From Bdellovibrionales bacterium (GTDB lineage: Bacteria > Bdellovibrionota > UBA1018 > CAIMNF01), in NCBI GenBank assembly GCA_947502835.1, contig CANNBJ010000003.1:376825-440824 (forward strand): DNA of 64,000 nt, given 5' to 3'. Under the pieces are notes generated by a model, which did not search any database, was not told the DNA's origin, and saw only the letters and a program-made list of their open reading frames with translations. Numbering within the stretch: the first letter of the stretch is position 1; each line of letters begins with the position of its first letter. Positions 1 through 8,829 of this stretch are shown piece after piece. The position numbers and the translations under genes were made by a program.

Positions 1-186
1 GTGGAAGATGATCTTGCGGTTCTGGTCCTCGGGCGATTGACCAGTGCAAAGGCCGGTAAGATCCTCTCGAATCTGAAGGCTGAGAAGTCGGCGCGTCTCG
101 CAGAGTTGATGGCGTATGGCGGGGCCCTGAAGCGAAAGGAGGGTTCGAGTGATGATTCCCATGAACGCAGTCCGGCTACCCGGTGA
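1..186 (+). CDS. MotE/FlbB-like flagellar protein, C-terminal part (truncated by window edge)
   Basis: Helical 'AVLVLGRL..AKAGKILSNLKAEKSARL' pattern typical of MgtE_N/MotE-like proteins; usual position just upstream of fliK. Confidence 0.6.
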   Translation: MEDDLAVLVLGRLTSAKAGKILSNLKAEKSARLAELMAYGGALKRKEGSSDDSHERSPATR

Positions 187-1477
187 ACAAGTCGGCGGCC
201 CCCTTTCTGAAGCCAATGCAAAGAGTCCAAGCGACCTGTCTTCCCCGATGGAAGGCCCGGTTTTTCAGGACAGTCTAGAGAAAGTCTTGGGGGACTCCGG
301 CAAGTCCGCAGTTCCAGAAATGAACGAAGCTTCTGTTGAAGGCTCCAAGGTTGCGAATGATAAGAATCTCGAGGAAGCGAGCGAAAAGTCGAATGGTTCG
401 GGTGTTCAGGCCAACCCTTTGCTCGATCCCCGGATCCCCCCCGGGAATTTAACGGAGTCCGCTTCCTCGGCAGTCGAGGCCCCTCAGGCTGAAATGAACA
501 GGAAAGAGGTGAACTTAAGGGTTGCAGGGAAGGCCCAGACCGCAAGACCGGCACAGGCATCGGAAGTCGGAGTGATCCCTTCGCCAGAGGCGTATGAGTC
601 ACTTCTGGCGGCGCATCCTGTTGAGGGTGAGTTGGACGCGCTTGACGAGGGCCGGGATGACCTCAAGGGACTCGAGATCAATCGCTCTTCGCTCCTCGAA
701 AACGGGGTTGACGTGGCGCCTTTGCTCTCAAGATTCAGCGGGAAGCTTGAGGAAGCAAAAATTGGCACAAGCCGTGAAATAAAGGGAGAAGGTACCCAGC
801 AGGGAACAGGCCTGCCGGCGAGGGTTTCCACCGAGGAATTCCTGAATCTCCGGGAGTTGCGCAAGGAAAAAGGAAAGTCGGGCGCCGCTCTGGATCTTCA
901 GGCTCCGATTGACTCCCGGGAGATGAAGGGAAGTCTCCACTTGGGGCCTGTGGTTGAGGCGCCTGTCACCCAGGGGACGGCCGGGAAGACGATTCTATCC
1001 CACGATGCACTTCATCGGATCTCCCACCAAGTGAATTTGCTCGGTCAGGCAAGACAGGATGGCGAGATCAAGATCCGTTTGAAGCCGGATCATCTCGGTG
1101 AACTTGTGATGAATGTGAAATCCCGCGGCAACGAGGTTTCCATTCAGATCAAAACTCATGATCTTGAGGCAAAGAAAATCATCGAAGAGAGCATTGGTCG
1201 ATTGAAGGAATCCCTGAGCACCCAGAATCTCCAATTGTCACGGATGGATGTCGTGACTCAGGCTGCACCGGCGCAGGGTGCGGAAAGCCAGATGCAAATG
1301 GAATTCAATCAGAATCAAGGTGGTTTTGGCCGAAACGACTCCTCCGGATGGTCGGGATCCCGGGAAGGGGGGCGGCAAGAGTTTCTCTATGAAGAGTCTC
1401 CACGCTCCGCTAGCCTGAATACGCAGGTCCGCAAAGGAAGTCGGAGCGGTTCTGGAAATCTTGACTTGATTGCCTGA
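152..1477 (+). CDS. fliK: Flagellar hook-length control protein FliK
   Basis: Long low-complexity N-terminus plus C-terminal 'IKIRLKPDHLGELVMNV' T3S4 domain; SD AAGGAGG at 136-142; precedes flgD. Confidence 0.9.
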   Translation: MIPMNAVRLPGEQVGGPLSEANAKSPSDLSSPMEGPVFQDSLEKVLGDSGKSAVPEMNEASVEGSKVANDKNLEEASEKSNGSGVQANPLLDPRIPPGNLTESASSAVEAPQAEMNRKEVNLRVAGKAQTARPAQASEVGVIPSPEAYESLLAAHPVEGELDALDEGRDDLKGLEINRSSLLENGVDVAPLLSRFSGKLEEAKIGTSREIKGEGTQQGTGLPARVSTEEFLNLRELRKEKGKSGAALDLQAPIDSREMKGSLHLGPVVEAPVTQGTAGKTILSHDALHRISHQVNLLGQARQDGEIKIRLKPDHLGELVMNVKSRGNEVSIQIKTHDLEAKKIIEESIGRLKESLSTQNLQLSRMDVVTQAAPAQGAESQMQMEFNQNQGGFGRNDSSGWSGSREGGRQEFLYEESPRSASLNTQVRKGSRSGSGNLDLIA

Positions 1478-1493
1478 GAGGAGAGTTCCCTAA

Positions 1494-2426
1494 ATGGAAA
1501 TTTCACGAATGAATGCAGGGATCGGAATTCAAGGGGCAAATGAGTCACAGGATCGTGAACAGGCGCTCAAGAATTCCATGGCGCAAATCCAAGCGAGGTA
1601 CGGCGAAAAGCCGAAGGAAGCCCGAGTAGCGAAAAAGGCTCTTGATAAAGACGACTTCATGAGAATCATGATTACCGAGATGAGGCACCAGGATCCCACC
1701 AAGCCCATGGACTCGGACCGAATGGCAACCCAGATGGCACAAATCACATCGGTCGAGCAGTTGAAGAATGTGAGCAATGCGATTGAAAAAATGGCCGATA
1801 AAAACAGCGCATCCGACCGGCTTGCGATGAGCGGGATGATCGGACGGACCGTGACTGTGGACAAAGGGCGGTTCACGCACCAAAAAGGGACCATTTCCCC
1901 GATCAACTTCGAGTTGCCCGAGGATGCGAATCAAATCAAAATCACGATTCTGAACGAGCAGGGTGAGGAAGTGGCAACCCGTGAGCTTGAGCCCATGAAG
2001 TCGGGTTCGAATGTCTTCAGTTGGGACGGGATCACTGCGAGCAACACCCAAACCGGATCGGGGACGTATTTGGTTCGTGTGGACGCAGAGAATGCGAAGG
2101 GCGGGAAGATCAAGGTTGACCCGATTTCCAAGGAAAAGATTGTCGGGGTTTCGTTTGAAGGCGGCGATACTCATTTTTTGGTGGGGGATTCCAAGTCGCC
2201 TCAGAAGATTGCATTCAAGAACGTTGTAAGAATCGAGTCCGAGTCCGTTCCGGGAGGAAAGTCCCCGCGGTCCTCTGTTTCACAAGAGGTCTCAGGACAG
2301 GAGTCGGCCGTGCCGGAAGAAAACCCCGGAATGGAATCCCTCCCGCCCGGCTTGCAGGAAAAGCTGAGGGCCGAAATGGCCGAGTCAGTGAAGCCTGAGG
2401 GATTTCCCAATGGACTTAACGAATGA
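1494..2426 (+). CDS. flgD: Flagellar hook capping protein FlgD
   Basis: 'LDKDDFMRIMITEMRHQDPTKPMD' motif and FlgD Ig 'FSWDG' motif. Confidence 0.93.
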   Translation: MEISRMNAGIGIQGANESQDREQALKNSMAQIQARYGEKPKEARVAKKALDKDDFMRIMITEMRHQDPTKPMDSDRMATQMAQITSVEQLKNVSNAIEKMADKNSASDRLAMSGMIGRTVTVDKGRFTHQKGTISPINFELPEDANQIKITILNEQGEEVATRELEPMKSGSNVFSWDGITASNTQTGSGTYLVRVDAENAKGGKIKVDPISKEKIVGVSFEGGDTHFLVGDSKSPQKIAFKNVVRIESESVPGGKSPRSSVSQEVSGQESAVPEENPGMESLPPGLQEKLRAEMAESVKPEGFPNGLNE

Positions 2427-2459
2427 TGCTACACTGAAGAAAGGAGGTGAGATCACCAA

Positions 2460-2903
2460 ATGAGCAATCCAATACTGTATCCAAATGTCAGTAGAATCCC
2501 GGCGAATCCCGGCGTCTCGGAGGGTAGAAAAAATCCTGCGGAAAGCCAGATTCAGAAGGGAGAGTTCGATCAGAGCTTGCAAAAGGCCATTCAAGCCCAG
2601 AATCCCGAAACCATCAGGGAGTCGGCGGCGGGTCTTTCGCAGATCGGGCAGGGACTGAAATTTTCCGCGCATGCGACCCAACGGTTGCGTGAGCGCCAGA
2701 TTCAATTCGATCCCGACACGCTGTCCAGAATGAATGATGCGATCACAAAAGCAGATTCAAAAGGAGTGCAGGATACTTTGGTTTTGACGGACAAGGCGGC
2801 ATTGATTGTCAGTGTCCCGTCGCGAACCGTGATCACTGCGATGGATCGTGGCAATTTGAATGGAAATGTATTTACAAATATTGATGGCGCAGTAATTATT
2901 TAA
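2460..2903 (+). CDS. Flagellar operon protein, TIGR02530 family
   Basis: 'LKFSAHATQRLRER...ALIVSV..RTVITAMD...NVFTNIDGAVI'; lies between flgD and flgE; SD AAGGAGG. Confidence 0.88.
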   Translation: MSNPILYPNVSRIPANPGVSEGRKNPAESQIQKGEFDQSLQKAIQAQNPETIRESAAGLSQIGQGLKFSAHATQRLRERQIQFDPDTLSRMNDAITKADSKGVQDTLVLTDKAALIVSVPSRTVITAMDRGNLNGNVFTNIDGAVII

Positions 2904-2910
2904 ATAAATA

Positions 2911-2940
2911 TTGTTTAATTATTAAAATTCGTGCTACGAT
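2911..2940 (+). promoter_or_regulatory. Putative sigma70-type promoter for flgE (extended -10)
   Basis: AT-rich block; TTGTTT (2911-2916), 18-nt spacer, TG-c-TACGAT (2932-2940). Confidence 0.45.
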
Positions 2941-2970
2941 TTTAGTAAGGACTGTTGAAGTAAATGTTCA

Positions 2971-3021
2971 AGGCTGGACCCAATAGGGAAGCCTGACTCC
3001 TCCGACTGACTGACGAGGGGT
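2971..3021 (+). ncRNA. Candidate cis-regulatory two-hairpin RNA in the flgE leader
   Basis: AGGCT/AGCCT stem enclosing GGA-CCC-AATA-GGG-A (2971-2994), then ACTCCTC/GAGGGGT stem with loop CGACTGACTGAC (2996-3021). Confidence 0.55.
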
Positions 3022-3054
3022 GAATCTTAAACAAAGAACGCAAGGAGGCGCTCT

Positions 3055-4338
3055 ATGGGTATTCTATCTTCAATGTACACAGGTTACACCGGAATCCAGG
3101 GACAGGGAGAAGCACTGTCGGTTTTTGGTGACAACATCGCAAACTCGGCAACTACGGGATTCAAGACTGCCCGCCCTGAATTCAAGGATGCGGTTGCAAA
3201 GTCGCTCAACGGGATGGGTTCGACACAGGCAACCGGACGTGGCAGCAAGGTTGGCAATATTCGCACGGTATTCTCCCAGGGAACGCTCACCCAGACCGAA
3301 AGCCCCACGGATCTCGCAATCACCGGAAACGGATTTTTCGTTGTGGACGGTGTGGATGGACGGAGTTTCACCCGTGACGGATCTTTTCATTTCGACAAAG
3401 AGGGAAAACTGGTCAGCGGAGAGGGAGCTCGAATTCAAGGGTTTCAAGCCGATGATACAGGAAAGATCACATCCAAGATGGGTGACATTACCATCGATCG
3501 CGCGATTCTCGATGCAAAGGGTTCTGCAAAGGTCGATCTTTTCGCAAATCTTGACTCGCGTGTCGACACTGCAGTGAAGTTTGATCCTGCAAATCCAGAC
3601 AAAACCAGCCATTTTGCAACAGGTGTTACAGTTTATGACACCAATGGCGCGCCTCGCGCTGTGACCGTCTATTTCAACAAAGTGGATGGACACAAGTGGG
3701 AGTGGAAGGCGATGGCCAAGGGTGAGGATGTCGAGGGAGGCAAGGCCGGAGAAATGATGCTCCAAGGCTCGGGGAGCCTGGTTTTCGATGACAAGGGCCG
3801 TCTCGCCGAGCAAGCCACGGACAAAGCGTCCTTCAATTTCAACAAGGGTTCCAAGTCCGACCAGAAAATCGAGTTCAACTTCGGAAAGGATATCAAGAAC
3901 GGAGGGGATGGACTTCAGATCACCCAGTATGGTTCAAATTCCGAGGCTTACAAAACCGTGCAGGATGGGTACTCGTCCGGGACCCTGGGTTCACTCAAGT
4001 TCGAGGATGACGGCGCCCTTACTGCCTACTACTCGAACGGGGAGACCATCAAGATTGCCCAAGTGGCCCTTGCGAAATTCGAAAGTCCTGAAGAATTGCT
4101 GAAGACCGGGGGCAATAAATTCAAGGAAACCCGAAGCTCCGGGCAGCCGACCATTGGATCACCGATGTCGGGTGGACGCGGGCAGGTGTCCTCCAAGGCG
4201 CTCGAGGCTTCGACCACCGATATTGCCAATGAATTCATCAATTTGATGACGGCCCAGCGCAATTTCCAGGCAAACAGCAAGGTGATTGGCGTAGGTGATG
4301 AGCTTCTCGGTGAAGTGATCAACCTCAAGCGAACCTGA
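3055..4338 (+). CDS. flgE: Flagellar hook protein FlgE
   Basis: 'DNIANSATTGFK', 'DLAITGNGFF', 'FTRDGSF', C-terminal 'LEASTTDIANEFINLMTAQRNFQANSKVI'. Confidence 0.96.
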   Translation: MGILSSMYTGYTGIQGQGEALSVFGDNIANSATTGFKTARPEFKDAVAKSLNGMGSTQATGRGSKVGNIRTVFSQGTLTQTESPTDLAITGNGFFVVDGVDGRSFTRDGSFHFDKEGKLVSGEGARIQGFQADDTGKITSKMGDITIDRAILDAKGSAKVDLFANLDSRVDTAVKFDPANPDKTSHFATGVTVYDTNGAPRAVTVYFNKVDGHKWEWKAMAKGEDVEGGKAGEMMLQGSGSLVFDDKGRLAEQATDKASFNFNKGSKSDQKIEFNFGKDIKNGGDGLQITQYGSNSEAYKTVQDGYSSGTLGSLKFEDDGALTAYYSNGETIKIAQVALAKFESPEELLKTGGNKFKETRSSGQPTIGSPMSGGRGQVSSKALEASTTDIANEFINLMTAQRNFQANSKVIGVGDELLGEVINLKRT

Positions 4339-4376
4339 GCTTGAGCCAGGTAGCAGCTTAGCAGGATAGAGTAAAT

Positions 4377-4448
4377 GGGGCGGTCGTCATAAAACAGTCA
4401 GCCGGACGCAATCTGCGAACGGAAGACGGCCGCCCCTCCTCCTTTTTT
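4377..4448 (+). terminator. Terminator-like structure after flgE, with an unusually large structured loop
   Basis: GGGGCGGTCGTC (4377-4388) pairs with GACGGCCGCCCC (4425-4436); followed by TCCTCCTTTTTT. Confidence 0.5.
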
Positions 4449-4535
4449 AAACCTGACTTGTAAAATAAAATTTTAGATCCCTTGTGATTTCGGCGTTCCC
4501 CATGCAAAATTTAGGAAGAGGCAGGACGCCAGAAA

Positions 4536-5177
4536 ATGTCAGAAGAAGCGAAGGAAGCAAAGAAAGTAGAAGCGCCGGCGGAGGCTGGATCAGACAAGAC
4601 CGGGAAAATCGGGCTGATTCTCGCTGCGTTGAATCTTGTTTTGGTAATCGGAATCGGTGCTGTCGTTTTTCTTCAATTTCAAAAAGAAAAGCATAAAGAA
4701 ACCCATACCGATATTGACGCGCAAAGCGAAGCGCATGGGGATGCGGCTGCGGGAGGCGGGCATGGATCCGAATCCTCCGGGCATGGCGGCGGAGAGAAGG
4801 CGGAATCCGGGGACCATGGCGGCGGGCATGGTGGCGGAGAGCACGGCGGGCCAGCAGCTAAAAAAGGGGATCAATTGGTCACCCTTGAGCAGTTCACTGT
4901 GAATTTGGCAACAAGCCCCGGTACTCCACCAAGATACGCACGCGTGATCATTGCACTGGAGGTTCCGAGTTCGGAAACGGCGCAAGAGATCACCCAGAAG
5001 CTCGCGCCTGTCAGGAATGCGATCATTGATCTTTTCAATTCAAAGCGTCCGACGGATCTTCAGGGCGGAGAGGGGCGCAATTTTCTCAAGGAAGAGATTC
5101 GAAATGCGCTCAACAGTTTTTTGATCACGGGCAAGGTGAAGAGTGTTTTCTTCAGTAATTTTGCCGTGAGCAGTTGA
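4536..5177 (+). CDS. fliL: Flagellar basal body-associated protein FliL
   Basis: N-terminal TM helix; 'LEQFTVNLA', 'VRNAIIDLFNSK..DL', 'VKSVFFSNF'. Confidence 0.92.
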   Translation: MSEEAKEAKKVEAPAEAGSDKTGKIGLILAALNLVLVIGIGAVVFLQFQKEKHKETHTDIDAQSEAHGDAAAGGGHGSESSGHGGGEKAESGDHGGGHGGGEHGGPAAKKGDQLVTLEQFTVNLATSPGTPPRYARVIIALEVPSSETAQEITQKLAPVRNAIIDLFNSKRPTDLQGGEGRNFLKEEIRNALNSFLITGKVKSVFFSNFAVSS

Positions 5178-5202
5178 TGGGCTGGATCGGGCTAGGAGGG
5201 CT

Positions 5203-6189
5203 ATGAACCAGGTATTGAGTCAGGCTGAAGTCGATGCACTTCTGAATGCGGTGGCCGAAGGATCGGTGGACACCAGTGGGTCTGCAGCTTCTGGCAAGGA
5301 TGCGAAATCCAAGGAAATCCAGGAGTACGACCTTACCAATCAGGACCGTGTGATTCGCGGCAAAATGCCCACGCTCGACTTGATTTATGAGCGATTCGTC
5401 AGACTATTCCGGATGTCCCTTTCCAACTCACTTCGCAAGATCGCATCGATCAGCATCATTTCAACCGATCTCCTGAAATTTGGAGAGTTTGTCAACACAC
5501 TCCCCATCCCGAGCTGTGTTGGCATTCTCAGGTCTGAGACTCTTCGCGGTCCCGCTTTGTTGGTGTTCGAATCGAAACTTGCGTATGCACTGATTGACAG
5601 TTATTTCGGCGGGACGGATCGCCCCTACACAAAAAGTGACGGGAAGGAATTCACCCGGATCGAATTGATGATCATGAACAAAGTCCTTACCCTCGCAATC
5701 GCCGACATCGAGGAGGCTTGGGCGCCAGTGCATCGTGTGGGCTTGGTTCATCTGCGAACCGAAACCAATCCTCAATTTGTCGGCGTGGTTCCGTTGTCTG
5801 AAGTGATTATTTCCACGACCTTCGAGGTTGAATTGGAGAACGCAAGCGGGACCATATCCCTTGTCATTCCCTATTCGACGATTGAATCGATCAAAAACAA
5901 GCTGAATTCATCGTTTCAGTCCGACTCGGATCGTGCAGATCGGGTTTGGGTCGAGAATTTGGAGGAGCATATGCGCCAGCTTGAGGCGAATGTCTCGGTC
6001 AATCTTGGCGAAACCAGCATCACGGTCGGAGATCTGGTGAACTTGAATATTGGGGACATCATTCCACTCAACCAGGATTGCGATGGTGAGCTTGATCTCA
6101 ATATTGAGGGAGTGGAGAAGTTCAAGTGTTTTTTTGGAGTTTCAAGGGGTACAAGAGCGGTTCAAATCACAAGGTCGATCGAGGAATGA
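5203..6189 (+). CDS. fliM: Flagellar motor switch protein FliM
   Basis: 'VLSQAEVDALL' CheY-binding N-terminus; 'ETNPQF'; C-terminal SpoA domain. Confidence 0.96.
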   Translation: MNQVLSQAEVDALLNAVAEGSVDTSGSAASGKDAKSKEIQEYDLTNQDRVIRGKMPTLDLIYERFVRLFRMSLSNSLRKIASISIISTDLLKFGEFVNTLPIPSCVGILRSETLRGPALLVFESKLAYALIDSYFGGTDRPYTKSDGKEFTRIELMIMNKVLTLAIADIEEAWAPVHRVGLVHLRTETNPQFVGVVPLSEVIISTTFEVELENASGTISLVIPYSTIESIKNKLNSSFQSDSDRADRVWVENLEEHMRQLEANVSVNLGETSITVGDLVNLNIGDIIPLNQDCDGELDLNIEGVEKFKCFFGVSRGTRAVQITRSIEE

Positions 6190-6200
6190 TCAAGGAGTGA

Positions 6201-6536
6201 ATGATGACTACACCAAGTTTGGGTAAAATTGAGGGCGGAGCAGGGCAAACACAGGGAGGTGCACCCCAGGAAGGAGTGCATTCGCTGGATTTCATTCTCG
6301 ATATACCGCTGAAGGTGACAGTGGAGTTGGGTCGGACCAAAATGTCCGTTCGTGATATCCTTCAATTGGTACAGGGCTCGGTAGTCGAGCTTTCCAAGTT
6401 TGCGGGTGAACCGCTCGAGGTGCTCGTGAACGACCGTCTCGTGGCCCGGGGTGAGGTTGTGACCGTGAACGAAAAGTTCGGGATCCGGCTGACAGATATC
6501 CTGTCGCCAATGGAGAGAATCGAGCAACTGAAGTAA
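6201..6536 (+). CDS. fliN: Flagellar motor switch protein FliN
   Basis: 'LDIPLKVTVELGRT...GEVVTVNEKFGIRLTDI'. Confidence 0.96.
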   Translation: MMTTPSLGKIEGGAGQTQGGAPQEGVHSLDFILDIPLKVTVELGRTKMSVRDILQLVQGSVVELSKFAGEPLEVLVNDRLVARGEVVTVNEKFGIRLTDILSPMERIEQLK

Positions 6537-6555
6537 AAACGAAGTCATTCCATTC

Positions 6556-7758
6556 ATGGATGAAGGGAATTGTTTGATGAAGAGCCGAGGATGGCAGAAA
6601 AATTCGATGTTTCTTTTGGTGGCAATGTTTCACTGCGGAGTTTTCCACGCAGAGGCCGCTCCACTGGGCGTGAGAGATATTCAGATCGGTGAGGGGAACG
6701 GTGCCAGGGTGCTCTTGGACGGTGTTCCGGCAAAGGGTGCGATTCAGATCGATTACGTTCGGGATATTGTGCAGTTTTCTCTGCAAAATACGACGATCTA
6801 TCCTGCCAAGATTCTTCACCCGGACCCTTCAGCGGACGCGGCTTTCTCAAAGGTTTTTGCCTACCAGTATGCGCCAAACCTGGTGCGTCTCCGGTTTACC
6901 GTTGAGGGGAAGGCGGAGTCGTACAAGGGCAAAGTGGGTTTCGAACTCAATGGCAAGGAGCTGGTGATTTCGTTTCCCAAAGAGAAGCCTGCCGCGCCTG
7001 GAGAGCTTTCGGAGAAGGAGGAGAATTCCCTTCTTTCCCGGGTTCTGGGGAGCGAGGAGAGGAAAGAGGAAGTCAAGGTCGCTGCCGAGCCTTTGAAGTC
7101 GGGAAAAGGGAAGTCGAAGATTGGCGTCGGCACAAAGCCCGTGGAGCTAGGGGGGCGAACTCATGGCCCATCCGTGTTTCGCTCTTTGTTTGCGATGTTC
7201 CTGATCGTTGGGGGTCTTGGATTGGTGCTTCTCTACGTGAAGAAGAAGGCGGGAGCAACTCAGGCGAAAAGGGTGGGTGATTCCTGGCTCTCAGGAATTT
7301 TGCCGGGTTCGCGTAAATCGAAGGCCTTCATTGAGGTGATTGCAAATCATTCCATTGGACCGAAGCAAAGCATCACCATCGTCAGAATCAAGGATCAACA
7401 ATTTGTCCTTGGAGTCACCTCGGATAGCGTTCAGCTGATTACGCAACTGGACTCGGAGGAGGCGGATCTCGAGCTTCTGGAAGATCCGAAGGTTGCGGAT
7501 TCCATCGGGAAGATGTTCGGGGCCAAGGTCAAGTCCGAAATCAAATCGGAACCCAAGGTCACACCGACCATGAATTTCGATTCTATTTTGAAATCCAGCT
7601 CCGGTGCCGGAGCGATCGTAGCCCGCAAAGCATATCAGGACCAAAGTGGAGATGGCATTGTGGTTCCCATGCAGCAGTCTCCAGTGACCACGGCCTCTCG
7701 GGGGGTCCGGGATCAGATCCGCAAGCGCCTTCAGCAGAGCGCGGGGGGTATTGAGTGA
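6556..7758 (+). CDS. fliO: FliO/FliZ family protein with a large N-terminal periplasmic domain
   Basis: Between fliN and fliP; signal peptide, internal TM, then 'IEVIANHSIGPKQSITIVRI..QQFVLGVT' FliO domain; start codon uncertain. Confidence 0.82.
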   Translation: MDEGNCLMKSRGWQKNSMFLLVAMFHCGVFHAEAAPLGVRDIQIGEGNGARVLLDGVPAKGAIQIDYVRDIVQFSLQNTTIYPAKILHPDPSADAAFSKVFAYQYAPNLVRLRFTVEGKAESYKGKVGFELNGKELVISFPKEKPAAPGELSEKEENSLLSRVLGSEERKEEVKVAAEPLKSGKGKSKIGVGTKPVELGGRTHGPSVFRSLFAMFLIVGGLGLVLLYVKKKAGATQAKRVGDSWLSGILPGSRKSKAFIEVIANHSIGPKQSITIVRIKDQQFVLGVTSDSVQLITQLDSEEADLELLEDPKVADSIGKMFGAKVKSEIKSEPKVTPTMNFDSILKSSSGAGAIVARKAYQDQSGDGIVVPMQQSPVTTASRGVRDQIRKRLQQSAGGIE

Positions 7759-8546
7759 TGCAGCCACGCAAGGTCGGGGCCTTGTCCCTGTCTCTACTGG
7801 TGTTTCTCGGAGTGTTCATTTTTGGAACACTGGCTCATGCTGCCAAGGGTGCTGGAGCGGCCGGGTTTTCTCTGCCGTCCATATCGATGAATCTGGGCGC
7901 TTCCGGATCAAACCCAAGCGAACTTGTAAATGTATTGAAGATCGTCCTTCTGCTCACGGTTCTGACCCTTGCACCTGCGATTCTTGTGATGATGACATCC
8001 TTTACACGGGTTGTGATCATTCTTTCGTTCCTGAGGCAGTCCCTCGGGGCGCAACAGATGCCTCCAAATCAGGTAATTGTTGGATTGTCGCTGTTCCTGT
8101 CTCTGTTTATCATGGCTCCCACCTGGACCCGTATCCAGGATGATGCACTGAATCCGTATCTCGAAGAGCGGATTGATCAAAAGGCCGCATTCTCGAGGGC
8201 AGAGGCTCCACTGCGGGAGTTCATGTTTGCACAGACGCGTGAGAAGGATCTTGAGTTGTTTCTCACGATGTCCAAGATTGCAAAACCACAGACGCGCGAT
8301 GAGGTCCCGACCTATGTGCTGATTCCTTCCTTTATCGTGAGTGAGTTGAATACAGCATTTCAAATGGGATTCATGTTGTATCTCCCTTTCCTTGTGATCG
8401 ACATGGTGGTTTCGAGCATTTTGATGGCGATGGGAATGATGATGTTGCCGCCCATGACGATCTCCCTCCCTTTCAAGCTCTTGTTGTTTGTCCTCGTGGA
8501 TGGGTGGGGGTTGGTTGTGGGCAGCATTGTGAAGAGTTTCGGTTGA
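7755..8546 (+). CDS. fliP: Flagellar export protein FliP
   Basis: 'MMTSFTRVVI', 'QQMPPNQV', 'MGMMMLPP', 'PFKLLLFVLVDGW'. Confidence 0.97.
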   Translation: MMQPRKVGALSLSLLVFLGVFIFGTLAHAAKGAGAAGFSLPSISMNLGASGSNPSELVNVLKIVLLLTVLTLAPAILVMMTSFTRVVIILSFLRQSLGAQQMPPNQVIVGLSLFLSLFIMAPTWTRIQDDALNPYLEERIDQKAAFSRAEAPLREFMFAQTREKDLELFLTMSKIAKPQTRDEVPTYVLIPSFIVSELNTAFQMGFMLYLPFLVIDMVVSSILMAMGMMMLPPMTISLPFKLLLFVLVDGWGLVVGSIVKSFG

Positions 8547-8559
8547 ATGGAGGCGGATC

Positions 8560-8829
8560 ATGACAGAGGAAATGGTGATGCAGATCGGACAAAATGCGAT
8601 AATCACGATGGTTTATCTTGGGGGTCCTGTTCTTCTCGCCGCGATGGCGGTTGGTATCGTGATCTCGATCCTGCAAGCGATCACCCAGATCAATGAACAG
8701 ACGCTTACATTCATTCCGAAAATGATTGCGGTCATTCTCACTTTGGTTGTGATGGCTCCTTGGATGCTCCGTGTGCTCCAGGATTATGCAATCGGAATCT
8801 TTGGTGGAGCAGGGGAGATGATCCGCTGA
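8560..8829 (+). CDS. fliQ: Flagellar export protein FliQ
   Basis: 'QAITQINEQTLTFIPK'. Confidence 0.97.
   Translation: MTEEMVMQIGQNAIITMVYLGGPVLLAAMAVGIVISILQAITQINEQTLTFIPKMIAVILTLVVMAPWMLRVLQDYAIGIFGGAGEMIR

Noticed and set aside
1793-1802. GCCGATAA sigma28 -10 match inside flgD
   Set aside because: No matching -35 box at the required spacing, and it lies within coding sequence
4339-4535. c-di-GMP riboswitch candidate in the flgE-fliL gap
   Set aside because: No GEMM features (GNRA tetraloop with receptor, GCAAA..GACGCAAA arrangement) could be matched by eye
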